Below, piece by piece: positions 12,851-24,308 of a DNA stretch of 64,000 nucleotides. The stretch comes from Rhizaria sp. SCN 62-66 (taxonomy: Eukaryota), in NCBI GenBank assembly GCA_001724265.1, contig MEDY01000021.1, positions 62,001 to 126,000 on the forward strand, read 5' to 3'. The position numbers and the translations under genes are program-made. Position 1 is the stretch's first letter. Every line of letters starts with the position of its first letter. Under the pieces are notes generated by a model that saw nothing but the letters and a program-made list of their open reading frames with translations, made no database searches and had not been told where the DNA came from.

Positions 12851-14250
12851 CACTACGTAAGATAAAGCGTGGACAAGATGGAAAGTAAGGTGAGAGTGGG
12901 AGATGAGGTGAAGACTAGGCGCTGGCAGGGTTGAGAAAGGAAATGAGGGAAGGGAGGGCTCTCCTTGGAGAAAGTAGTCCTGAGATGGCCCCGAGACACA
13001 CAATGATCGTCAAGGTGGAATAAAATCAATTGGCAGAGCAGATATAAAGTCCAAATATAACGTGATTCAATTGAATTCATAGCAAATCCCACGACTCCTG
13101 TCAACGACCTCTTGTTCATGCTCAGGCCTTGCCCAGTCAAAGGCATCTTATCACTGACTGTGAGCACTCAGTAAACACGCTATTCAGGTTCATAACTCTA
13201 AGAGACAAGAACGTGTAGAGTTAAATTTGTGATATAACACACTTCAAAGGTTATTATATGCTCTAACAAACTTTTACTTGTTACTGTTTTTGGTTGAGCT
13301 ATAGATCTGCTTCAAGTAAACAAACGTGCATGTTTGCACTTAACTCTAAAGTAGCTGTATAAACATCATTGGCAATAAACAGGTATAGCAATGCATATAA
13401 CACCAGGATGTACTATGCCAGTGATTATCATAAGCAGATGTAAACATTGCCTTGATCTATACTCCTAAAGGCTCCATGAAACCCCCAGCTTCGCCAGTGG
13501 GTCACAGCGTTGTGAGGACCTAACAGAGGCCAAGAGTCATCAGACATGTACTGCCGCAGGCATTATGGCAGGCAAACCATCGCTAGCAAGCGGCACCTGC
13601 GCATACAAAGAGTGGAGATGTCATGTATGTGCTCAAAGCTCCCAAATGTCCAATGGCAAGTGACCTTGTCGGACCCAAGCCGCACAACCCGGGGAAAATG
13701 GCCGGTTCTGGTCAGGATGTTCAGTTAAAATATACAAAAAGCACGTTTACAGCATAAATGCCAATATTTGTCACGTTAAATGGTTTTATATCGCGGAATT
13801 GATCTGTTTGGTGTGCATTCGAAGGGGCAAACTATCGGCAAGGGCCGAAAAAAAGAAAATCAATGCTCACGGTCACTTTCGGGAGCTTGCTTGCTCTCTC
13901 CTTGCTGCACTTAGAGGTTGTCGATCTCAAAAGGGGTAAATCGGGACACGGCAAGGGGCGTTGGTTCTGTGGTTTATACGGATGAATCTTCCCGTGTGGA
14001 AGTGTTTTCGTATTTGTCGGCGACCCGGATTCGCCGATTGCAAACCTCGTTTTATGACCCGCTTTTGTCAAATTGGCCTCCTCTTCCCATCCCCGACGTC
14101 TCCCTCTTACCTGTTCATGTGAGCCTCATGGAGACACTGTACTAACTCACTACTTTGTTCACATCGTTATTTTCGTGCTGATATATTCGCTCACTTATTC
14201 ACTCTCTGTTTCACCCTATTGTTTACCCGCTGCTCCGCCTCTCTGTGCAG

Positions 14251-17200
14251 ATGGTGCTTCTGAGGAGGACCGTCCTCCTTGTCGTCGCGGCACTCACGTG
14301 CCTCGCCGCCGGGTCGGAGACCTCTCAGTCGTGGAGTTTCGGCTCCCAGGACGCCTGGACCGGTACCTGCGGTCTTGGTGTCCGCCAGAGTCCTGTGGAC
14401 ATCAACTTCCTCGACGGCAGCGTCGTGCACGACAAGTCGCTGGCCCCGCTCGAGTACAAGGGCTTTGCCAACGTCAACGCTGGCAAGCTCTCTGTGACCA
14501 ACAATGGCAAGAACATCGCCATTGCTGTCTCTGATACCGACGCCCCGATGTCGATCAAGACGGACAAGGACACGACGTACAAGATCGCGCAGCTTAACTT
14601 CCACTGGGGTCTCAACAACCTTTACGGCAGTGAGCACTCGATCAACGGCAAGTACTTCCCTCTCGAGCTCCACTTCGTCGGCTACAAGGGTGCTAACCTC
14701 ACCTCTGCCGTCGGCTCCAAGGACTCGAACGCCATGGCCCAGTTTGCCGTCTTCTTCGCCCTCGGCGACCACAACCCCGTTGTGCAGGCCATTCTCGACG
14801 CCGCCAAGGGTCTCACCCCTGGCAAGCGCGCCTCCGTGCCCTTCTCTCTCAACATCGCCTCGCTACTGCCCGCGCGCGCTGCGCAGGAGTATCTCACCTA
14901 CGTCGGCTCCCTCTCGGCCCCGCCCTGCACCGAGAACGTCCAGTGGTTCGTCTCCCGCAACGTCCTCGCGCTCTCCCCGATTCAGCTCGAGCAGTTCCGC
15001 GCCTTCATCAACGCCGATGGCCAGGTTATGTCCAACACCTTCCGCGGCGTCCAGCGCCTCAACGGCCGCAAGATCTCCTCGTCCTTCTCCTTCGTGACCC
15101 GCCGCATGCCTCCCGCCGCGGCGTGGGCCCTCGCGTCCACGGCCTCCACCCCCGCCGTCTCTACGCCCTACGGCCCCCTCGCGACGTCGCCCGTCGTCGT
15201 GCCCGTCAACTCGGTCGGCCCCACCCCGGCCCCCGTGGCCGTGAGCTCCATCACCGACGTCGACTCGGACTACGCCGTGCGCCAGCAGCTCACCCAGCTG
15301 CCCTACGGCACCGTCATGAACCCCAACGGCCCCACCGTCTTCCCCGTCGTCCGCCCCCCGGCCGCGCTCAGCTCCCTCCGCGCCGCCGCGCTGCAGGCCG
15401 CCGCCGCCGCCGGCGCCACCCCCGGGTGCGCCGAGTGCGTCGGTGTTCACCCCCTTGACGTTGCCTTCCCCGTCCGCACGGTTGTCCACAAGTCGCTCAT
15501 CGAGACCTCTTCCGAGGCCGAGGCCGAGACTGAGGTTGACGCCGAGGCCGAGGCCGAGGCTGATGCTGAGGCTGAGGTCGAGATCAAGCTGACCCAGGAG
15601 GAGCTCTCCGAGGCTTTCGCTCAGGCCCAGGTCGAGGTCGATGCTGAGGAGGAGGCTGACGTTGACGCTGACGCTGACGCTGACTCTGAGGCTGAGGCTG
15701 AGGCTGAGGCTGAGGGTGCGTCGTTCATCGAGACCGGCGCGTCTGAGGTCAACGCCACCAAGGTCAACCCGCCGACCGGCGACCTGACCCCCAAGCCCGC
15801 CGTCGCGCACCGCCCCGCGCACGTCATCGACGGCGTCGCTGCCCCCGAGAAGCCCAAGTCCCGCCGCGCCGTCAAGCTCGAGCGCGCCCGCATCTCTGCC
15901 GCGCGCAACAACGCCTTCTCCACCAACGAGCTCGACTTCTCCGACCCCCACGCGGCGCCCAAGCCCGAGACGGACCCGCGCTACGCCGCGTCCCCGCTCG
16001 GCTTCGTCAAGCAGTACCGCGGTGAGCCCTACGGCCCCGAGACGCCCGTCCAGGTCTCCAACGAGGCCCACTACGCCCGCATGGCCGGCCCCCGCTCCCC
16101 GGGGCTCGTGACGTCCTTCTCGCGCGATGGCATGGTTGACGCCACGTTCCGCGACGAGGTGCCCTCGAACAAGCCTGTGATGCCCGAGACGAACCCCGAG
16201 TACTACTACAACATCCGCGGCCCCAACCCGCGCTACTACGCCGGTCAGGGCGCCGCCAATGCGGCCGCCGCGGGCCCGTTCCACCCGCTCGCAGCCCACT
16301 TCTACGGTCCCGGCGCCGGTGCGCAGTTCCAGATGTCTCACCCCGAGCTCCAGGGCTACCGCGGCTACCTCAACAACTACAACCCCGAGGTGTATGACAT
16401 GTCCCCTGCCCCGCGCCCGCCGCGCTTCCCCATGTCGCCCTTCTCCCGCCGCGTCGTCACGGCGACCATGCCCGACGTCCGCGCGCCCTACGCGCGCCCC
16501 ACCGGCGACCTCAAGGTCACCGCCGACCACTCATCGTACCTCCCGTCGCACATGACCCCCACCAAGCACTACGCGCCTCTGTCCCCGCGCAACACGCAGG
16601 GCATCGACTGGGTCCACGGCCTGCCCCCCAAGGACACCTTCACCTCCCCCTCGCTCGTCGACTCGGCCATGGTCATCGATGGCGCGTTCGCCGGCTCTGC
16701 CCACGCCCGCGCCGCGCAGGAGCTCTCGGCTCAGCACGCCGCCCTCCTGGCCGCCGAGCAGCGCTTCTCGCTTGCCGAGGCCGGCGCCGAGGCCACCGCG
16801 ACCGTCGACGCCGAGGCCGAGATCGGCGTGGCGTCGGGCATGACCGTCGAGGCGCAGACCGAGGCGGAGATCTCGCCCGAGAACGTCCAGGCTGCCTATG
16901 CGCAGTTTGAGCACTACCTCAACGCGTTCGAGCCCCGCGTGGCGATGCTGACGCAGTACAAGACGCGCCGCCAGCAGATCCCGTCGATGCGCTTCGGCCA
17001 GGGCGTGCGCTCTGCGTCTGCGCTCAACACGCACGCCGCGACGCTCGAGGCCGTGCGTGAGACCAAGATGGTGCGCCAGCTCAAGCAGATCCTCGACAAG
17101 TTCCGCGAGCTCAAGAAGCTTCACGGGCGCGTGTCGGCGATGCGCGAGCGCTTTGCCAACAACCCCGCCGTGAAGCTGCAGCTCGACGTCACCCGCAATA

Positions 17201-18705
17201 ACCTGCAGTCGCGCATGGATGCGCTGCTCGAGACGACGGAGAACATGAAGACTCTGTCTAAGGCCGAGAAGGAGGTCAAGTCGGCCCGCACCAAGCGTGC
17301 GCGCGCTGAGGAGAATGTCCAGCGCAAGCTCGCCGTCTTCGACGACATCGAGAAGGTGGCCAAGGACCTCGCCCAGGTCGAGACGTCGCGCTATGCCGAG
17401 ACGGCCCGCATCGCCAAGCTCCAGCTCCTCCGCGCCCAGCTTGCTGGTACGGACCGCCTGATGCGCCCCGATGCCATCGCTGACTCTGCCGCTGTCACTG
17501 TTGCTTCCGTCAAGCCCAACACTGCTGCTCCCGCTGCCCCCGCTGCTGCTGCCCCCGCCGCTGCCGCCCCCGCCGCTGCCGCCCCCGCCGCTGCTCCCGC
17601 CGCCGCTGCTCCCGCCGCCGCTGCCCCTGCTGCCCCCGCTGCTGCTCCTGCCGCTGCCGCTCCTGTCGCCGCTGCTAACGCCACCGGCCACTCGTTCATC
17701 GAGGCCGACGTCGTCGACACCCTGGGCGTCTCCGTCGAGGGCGAGCTCGCTGCCTTCGGCTCCGAGCTTCCCGCCGCCGAGCCCGCCGTGCCCGCCGCGT
17801 CCGCCGAGGCCAAGCCCCTTGACGTGCCCATGACGCTCAACAGCCTGCTCGACGACCTCCAGTCCAAGGCCACCTCGCTCGCCGAGCAGGGCGCGTCCGC
17901 CACCGAGTCGTCCTCTGTCGCGGAGGCCCTCGACAACCTCGAGGCGCTGCAGGCCGTGCAGGCCAAGGTCGAGCGCGTCCAGGAGGACAAGATCGCGCGC
18001 CTGCGCCTCGCCAAGAACCGCCAGGCCGTGGCGGTCGAGGAGGCCAAGCTCGCCGAGGTCCGCCGCAAGCACGTCGCTGCGCAGAACAAGGAGCGCGCTG
18101 CCGTCGCGCGGCTCCAGTCGCTCGCTGAGGAAGCCAACGCGCAGAAGGCCGCGCTTGTCCAGCTCAAGGACGAGCAGAGCCAGCTCCGCTCCAACCTCGC
18201 TTCGCTGCTGCAGGCGCAGGAGCAGGTTGAGGCGCAGCTCGCCGCCGCCTCCAACACGGCCGCGGACAAGACCCGCGCCGAGGCCGAGTTCGTGGCTCAG
18301 CAGGAGCGCGCGCGCGCTGAGATCGAGCAGCAACGCGTCTCTCTGATGGAGCAGCGCGCCACCGTTGAGCGCGAGCGCGCGGCCCTCGAGGCGCGCGCCC
18401 AGGTTGTCCTGAGCAAGGCACAGCAGATGCACGTGCTTGCTTCGCAGCTCAAACTTTCGCACCAGATCCGCGTCAAGAAGGCCCACCGCCGTGCCGCTGT
18501 CGAGTCCGGCTCGTTCGTCGACCTTTCCGCCGAGGCTGAGGCTGAGGCTGAGGCCAAGACTAACGCCAAGGCTGAGGCTGACATCGAGGCCGAGTACGAC
18601 CTCAGCGCCGATTCTGAGGTTGAGGCCGAGGCTGAGACCGAGGTTGCGGCCGAGCAGGGCATCACTGACGCCGACATTGAGGCTCTCCTCCACGCTGCTG
18701 ACTAA
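14251..18705 (+). CDS. Secreted alpha-carbonic-anhydrase-related protein with long acidic/Pro-rich/coiled-coil extension (~1484 aa)
   Basis: Signal peptide, then alpha-CA motifs QSPVDI, NNG, FHWG, GSEH, LELHFV, YxGSLxxPPCTENVQW and NTFRGVQ within the first ~285 aa. Confidence 0.9.
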   Translation: MVLLRRTVLLVVAALTCLAAGSETSQSWSFGSQDAWTGTCGLGVRQSPVDINFLDGSVVHDKSLAPLEYKGFANVNAGKLSVTNNGKNIAIAVSDTDAPMSIKTDKDTTYKIAQLNFHWGLNNLYGSEHSINGKYFPLELHFVGYKGANLTSAVGSKDSNAMAQFAVFFALGDHNPVVQAILDAAKGLTPGKRASVPFSLNIASLLPARAAQEYLTYVGSLSAPPCTENVQWFVSRNVLALSPIQLEQFRAFINADGQVMSNTFRGVQRLNGRKISSSFSFVTRRMPPAAAWALASTASTPAVSTPYGPLATSPVVVPVNSVGPTPAPVAVSSITDVDSDYAVRQQLTQLPYGTVMNPNGPTVFPVVRPPAALSSLRAAALQAAAAAGATPGCAECVGVHPLDVAFPVRTVVHKSLIETSSEAEAETEVDAEAEAEADAEAEVEIKLTQEELSEAFAQAQVEVDAEEEADVDADADADSEAEAEAEAEGASFIETGASEVNATKVNPPTGDLTPKPAVAHRPAHVIDGVAAPEKPKSRRAVKLERARISAARNNAFSTNELDFSDPHAAPKPETDPRYAASPLGFVKQYRGEPYGPETPVQVSNEAHYARMAGPRSPGLVTSFSRDGMVDATFRDEVPSNKPVMPETNPEYYYNIRGPNPRYYAGQGAANAAAAGPFHPLAAHFYGPGAGAQFQMSHPELQGYRGYLNNYNPEVYDMSPAPRPPRFPMSPFSRRVVTATMPDVRAPYARPTGDLKVTADHSSYLPSHMTPTKHYAPLSPRNTQGIDWVHGLPPKDTFTSPSLVDSAMVIDGAFAGSAHARAAQELSAQHAALLAAEQRFSLAEAGAEATATVDAEAEIGVASGMTVEAQTEAEISPENVQAAYAQFEHYLNAFEPRVAMLTQYKTRRQQIPSMRFGQGVRSASALNTHAATLEAVRETKMVRQLKQILDKFRELKKLHGRVSAMRERFANNPAVKLQLDVTRNNLQSRMDALLETTENMKTLSKAEKEVKSARTKRARAEENVQRKLAVFDDIEKVAKDLAQVETSRYAETARIAKLQLLRAQLAGTDRLMRPDAIADSAAVTVASVKPNTAAPAAPAAAAPAAAAPAAAAPAAAPAAAAPAAAAPAAPAAAPAAAAPVAAANATGHSFIEADVVDTLGVSVEGELAAFGSELPAAEPAVPAASAEAKPLDVPMTLNSLLDDLQSKATSLAEQGASATESSSVAEALDNLEALQAVQAKVERVQEDKIARLRLAKNRQAVAVEEAKLAEVRRKHVAAQNKERAAVARLQSLAEEANAQKAALVQLKDEQSQLRSNLASLLQAQEQVEAQLAAASNTAADKTRAEAEFVAQQERARAEIEQQRVSLMEQRATVERERAALEARAQVVLSKAQQMHVLASQLKLSHQIRVKKAHRRAAVESGSFVDLSAEAEAEAEAKTNAKAEADIEAEYDLSADSEVEAEAETEVAAEQGITDADIEALLHAAD
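17524..17676 (+). repeat. Imperfect tandem repeat encoding (PAAA/PAAAA)n linker
   Basis: gcc/gct/ccc repeats, protein AAPAAPAAAAPAAAAP... Confidence 0.85.
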
Positions 18706-19577
18706 GCAATCAAGCTAGCAAAGCAAGCAAAAAGGTGGGATGTATGTCTGTCTATTTTTGTGTGATGACAGAAAGAGATCAATCATTCAACAATGGCAAT
18801 AACGCGTAAATAGTGTTGCTGCTGTGTTATGGTTTTGTGTCTCTAGGTGAAATGAAATCCGTCTGCTTGGATGCTGACGATGTGTAAATCAATTCAGTTT
18901 TAATACAACACGTTTCAAAACAATGTAAATTATTGTTATGTATGTTTTAATCTCGCTCCATGAATGTTTTGTGTTAATATCCTCCTAGAATTGTCTCCTC
19001 ATCTCTGCTTCTTGTACCCCGCCCGCCTAATATTGCAAAATCAGTTAAGTCGTGAAATGTTCAGATCGACGAAAACAAAAGCGTATATTCTAATATAAAA
19101 AATCTGGGAATATCTTCAAATAATATCACATTGAATAACATGAGTCAATATTAGCACTCAAAAAGCAAGAAAACAAAGCGAGTCATGATAATCAACAGAG
19201 AACAACTCCGCACTCCGTCCACTGACTTGTTCGTCGCGGATTCAGACAGCGCGCGAAGATCAATTCTTGAATTAACATTATATATCTTGAGTAAAATCAA
19301 CATTTGTATGATACAAGTAGACTACTGTATAATAAAGTCAGACGTGCACACAGACGACACACAAAGTGCTGTCGTGGCGCGCGTCTGAAGATTGCTAAGT
19401 AACGTTTTGCAAACCTAATAAAAATCAAACTGCGAATAAAGATAAACTCATATATCTGTCATGAAAGCGCAACCAGAAGCTTTTTTTGGGCAACACCAGT
19501 TCAATACACAACCACACACAGCAGTCACTTTTGCAGCGCACAATGACAGTAGCTATGATATTTTTTAGTTGTTTTGC

Positions 19578-20511
19578 TTAGACTTCGAACGGCGGGCGGC
19601 GGTCCGGCACGCGCGTCATCGACGCCCCCCGCGCCGCATGCCCGTGCCCGTGGCCGTGCGCGCCGCCGGGGTTGCCGCTCTTCTGCTGGCCCTGGCGGCC
19701 GCGGCTTGCAGCGGAGCCGCCGATGAGTGGGTGCAGCGCGAGATACGGCGACAGCTTACTAGCACCAGGGCCGCCGCCGCCCGCCGGGCCACCGGCCGCG
19801 CCGGGGACCGGGGGCGGGAACACGGCCAGCGGGCGCGCTGAGACCTCGAAGGGCGGGCGCACGGGGACGTGGATGACCCGCGGCGACCGCTGGGGCCCGT
19901 TGTCGTCGTGTCCGGCCAGCGCCAGCGGGGACGGGTTTGGCGGCGACAGCGCGGGGGGCGCCGAGTACATCCCGTTGACGCGGCGGCCCGGCGCGCGCGA
20001 GGGCGGGAGACCGAGTCCAGGGCGACGCGCCATGCTGACGGCCGGGTTGGGCGCCACCGCGGGCGGACGCGCGCGGGAACGGGCGTAGGAGGCGCGGAAG
20101 CTTGAGAAACCGGCGGCGCTGGCGTTGGCGTTGGAGCCCGAGGCGGAGTCGTCGCTCTGATTGAGTTGCGAGTTCGCGCCAGTTCCAGAGCCAGCGCTAA
20201 CGTTGTTGTTGTGAGCGGGTTGAGACTCGGCGAGCAAGTCCTGCACAACGGCAGCACGGCGCGGGTGCAATGCACTCGCACCGCTGCCGCTGTTGTTGCT
20301 GTTGGCAACTGCGGGGCGCACGGAGGACGACACGGGGCGCGATCGTGAGACTGACCGCGACCGGCCGTCCGACACCACAACTGGCGCCACAGCACCGCCC
20401 TGGCCCTGGCTGTGACCGTGGTTGCCGTTGCCGACGCCATTGCGACTGGAGCTGCGGACCGAGGCCGAGTCCTCACGCGGGGGCCGCGTCGACGACCGGG
20501 GCCGGCCCGCG

Positions 20512-20543
<32 letters not shown>

Positions 20544-22181
20544 ACCACTGCTATTACCAATGGCCTGCGTGCGGCGAGGACGCGAGAGCGCGCCTTCTTC
20601 GGCGGCCGTGATGGCCGCCTTGACGCCCGCCACCAGCGCGGCCTGCGCGATAATCGCGGCCTCGTAACGCTCACGCTCGATGCGCTCGCGCTCGCGCTGC
20701 GACTCGCGCTCCTGCCGCAGCCGCATGCGGCGCGCCTCAGTCACCGCGCGGTCGCGGGCTTCACGCGCCTCGGCGTCGGCCTTCTCCCTGGCCTCGCGCT
20801 CCTCGCGCTCCTTGCGCACACGCTCCTCGCGGGCGCGCTCGAGCCGCTCCTTGGCGGCCGCGCTGGCGCTCGCGAGCGCGCTGGCCTGCGCGCTCGACGC
20901 GGCGACGGCGGCGTTGTCGTCGTCCTTGCGGCCGGCCTCGGACTCGGCGCGCACGCGGGAGCGGCCCGCGCGCGCGTCCTTGTCCTTGGCGTCCTTGTCC
21001 TTGGCGTCCTTGTCTTTGCTGCTGCTGTCATCACGGTCACGCTCCCGCTCATTGCGCTCACGCCCACGGTCCCGCTCGGCGCGCGCCGCGGCCGCCTTGG
21101 CACGGGCCTCAGCTTTAGCCTCGGCCTCAGCCTTCGCGGCCGCCTCCGCTTCCGCCTTAGCCTTGGCCTTGGAGGCCTCGATGCGGGCCTTCGCAGCGTC
21201 AGCATCAGCCTTCGCCTTGGCCTTAGCCTCCGCGTCGGCCTTGGCCTTGGCCTCAGCCTTGGCGTCGGCCTCCGCCTTGACCTTAGCCTTAGCGGCGGCC
21301 TCGGCGGCGACCTTCTCAGCCTTCTTCGCAGCCTCAGCCGCCGCCTTCTCAGCGGCAGCGGCGGCCTTCGCGGCCTCGGCGGCGGCCTTGTCGGCGGCGG
21401 CGCGGCGGCGCGCCTCTTCCTCGGCCTCGATTTGCTCTGCCACGGGCCCCGAGCCGCGGATGGCGCGGAGCTCCACGCGGTCGTCCTCCTCGGGCCGCAC
21501 GTCCTCCTCGATCTCAATCTCACCGCTGTTGCTGCCACTTGCAGTCGCAGTGTTGCTGATGCTATTGTTATTCGCAGCAGAAGGCTTGGTGTTGGCAGCA
21601 ACAGCGGCGGGCTTCGTGGCGGCACTGGCAGCGGGCTGCTTGGTACCGGCAGCACCGGCGGCGGCGGCGGCGGCGGCGGGCTTTGTCGCACTGGAAGGCT
21701 TCGTACTAGCAGCAGCAGCAGCAGTGGACGCAGCGGGCTTAGTGTTTGCGTTCGAATTTGCGTTGGCGTTAGAGCTGTTCGCTGTAGCGCCGACGGGCTT
21801 CTTGGCGGCCTCGATAGCAGCCGCCATGCCGCCCGCCGTAGCCATAGCGGACTTGGCACTCGGCTTGGGCTTGGACTTGCTGTCGTCATCGTCAAGCTCC
21901 AGGTCAGACTCAAGCGCGAAATCGTCGCCGTACTCTTCGTCCACACTCGCACTGCTGGTCTTGGTGACAGAACTGACACCAGTCGTCGCAGCGGCAGCCG
22001 TGTTGCCGCTCTCCTTGCCCTCCGCAACCTCATGCGCACTCGCACCAGCTCCAGCGCTCGCGCTAGAATTAGCGGCGGCGGTGGATTTGGCGTTGGCGTT
22101 GGCCGGGGCTGAAGCCTTGCGCGGACTAGGGTTGGCGCTTGACGACGGGCCAGCGGGCTGCGTGGGCTTGAGGTGAGTCGC

Positions 22182-22218
<37 letters not shown>

Positions 22219-24308
22219 GCTTGAGCAGGGAGATCCTCAGGAACCGCGATAGGGCTCTTCATCTTAGCGTTGTTGCTGTTAGACTGCGCGGAGGCAGAGT
22301 CGAGCTCAGGAACTTCCTCAATATCATCGGTCATCGCCATACCACCAGCCGCAGCCGCAGCAGCCGTGTTGTTGCTGTTGTTGGTGTGGTTGACCGCGGT
22401 GACGAGCGCAATATCCTCAGGCAAGTCGGGAGTCATGCCGCGACTCTCCTTGCGCTCAGTCACACTCACATTCACGCCAGCGCCAGCCCTGGCAGCAGGC
22501 GCGTTGTTGTCGCCGGCAACGGTCTGCTGTTGAGAGGCAGAGCTGTCGACAAGCGCGCTCTCGGGAATATCATGCGGGTCAAATGTTCCGTACACTTGGG
22601 CCGACGGCACGCCGAACGCGAACAAGAACTGCGCCTCCGACACCGCGACTTTGGCCCGGTTCACAGCGCTGTTTTGCGCAGTGGCAAAGAACTCGGGGAA
22701 ATACCCTTCCCGCACCTTCGCCGACCCGGTCAAAAACGCGGTCAACGCGGTCGCGCCCGAGATTAGGAACGCCTTGACGGCCTGCTGCGCGGCATCACCG
22801 GCGCTCATCCCACTGTTGTTGCCCGCGGTGAGCGGCGCGACGCGACCGAAGCGCTCTTGCGCGTCGAGCCCTGACTGGACGAACGCGCGCACGGCGTTCT
22901 CAGTCGCCATGCCGGGGCCAGCGGAAGGGTCTTCGGCCGCGATGGCGCCAAAAAGCCCTGCCAGGCGCTCTGCCTTGGCCATGAGCCACTGCAGACACAG
23001 CGCGGATGCGAGGTCGCCCAAAGTTAAGCCGCCGCTGGAGACAGCGGCCGCGGCAGCGTTGTTGCTGCGGGAGAGCAGAGTGTCCTTGGCGGCGGCGACA
23101 CGGCGCAGCTGCTTGAGGCCGGCGACCGTGGGGGCCTGCTTCGCCTTGCTCAGCAGCGCATCCAGCGTCGCCACACTAACCACCGCGTTGTTACTGTTGC
23201 CATACGCGCCGGCACTGTTTGCGGTAGCGGCGGCGGCGTTGAGCTGCGCGAGACAGGCGCGCGCGTGTGTGATATAGGGCGTGAGCGATGCGAGGTCGGC
23301 GGCCGCGTGCGCCAGCCTGGCCGCGACGGCGCCGGTGACGGGCCTCAGGGAAAGCGCGAGGTACGGCGCCGAGTCCGAGAGGAACGACACAGCCGCCGCG
23401 GTGCCCGACGATGGCGGCTGGAGGAAAGGGTGGCGCAGCGCCTCGGCCGCGGTGAGGCGCACGACGGTGTCGTTCTTGAGCAGCGCGGTGATAAGGTCGC
23501 GGGCCGACTGTGAGCACGGCTGGTTGAGGGGAAAAAAAGGGCCACGGCCGGGGCGCGTTTCGGGGAAGAAACCGGCCTGGAGCTGCTGATGAATCAGCGG
23601 CGAGTCGAGGTCATCGGCGTCGAAGGGCGCAAAACCGAAGAGCATAATGAAGATGAGGACGCCGACGGCCCACAGGTCGCAGTGGTAGGTGTACGCGCCC
23701 TGGAGAACCTCTGGGGCGATGTAATATGGGGTACCTGTGACATCGCGGAAACAGTTGCCAGGGTGGCAGAACTTGGCGAGTCCGAAGTCGATGAGTTTGA
23801 TCTCCGAGTCGGCCTCCGGGGTCGCAAAAAGGATATTGTCGGGCTTGAGATCGCAGTGCGCGATGCCCTTAGAGTGCATATGCGCGACTGCGGCGACCAT
23901 CTCACGCGCGATCACCCGTGTCTGCTTCTCTGAGAACGTACCAACCTCGGTAAGCCGGTCGAGAAGCTCGCCGCCATAGCAGGGCTCCATGACAATGTGC
24001 ACGTGCGTCTCGCTCTCGCCCGTCTCGACCCAGCGAACCAGATGGGGGTGCGCGAGCTCGCTCATGACGAGCAGCTCAGACCGCAGAGACTCGAGGTCTT
24101 CGTCAGTTAACGCGGCCTTATCGATAACTTTGATCGCGACCTTAGCGCCAGACGCCTTGTCGCGCGCCAGCACAGCGTAACCGTACGCACCGGGGCGACC
24201 AAGCTCGCGCTCTGTGACGTAGCGGTCTTCGAGACGCAGGGACGGGTCGCCCCCTGCCCAGACGCGCCAGTGGGCGGTGCCGGGCGGGCGAGGCTCGGCA
24301 GAGGCCAT
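19578..24308 (-). CDS. CAMK/CDPK-like Ser/Thr protein kinase (non-RD) with a very long low-complexity/coiled-coil C-terminus (~1576 aa)
   Basis: VAIK, IVMEPCYGGEL, HCDLKPDN, IKLIDFG, GTPYYIAPE, DLWAVGV, RLTAAEALRHPF. Start placed at MASAE, downstream of an acceptor-like site at 24433; the ORF upstream of that looks intronic. Confidence 0.88.
22185..22220 (-). repeat. (CAG)n repeat encoding poly-Gln; a second run lies at ~20513-20541
   Basis: ctgctgctg... on the + strand. Confidence 0.9.

Noticed and set aside
13000-13830. Longest spacer, seemingly CpG-poor; possible transposon relic or ncRNA
   Set aside because: No terminal repeats, target-site duplication, coding remnant or recognisable RNA motif found.
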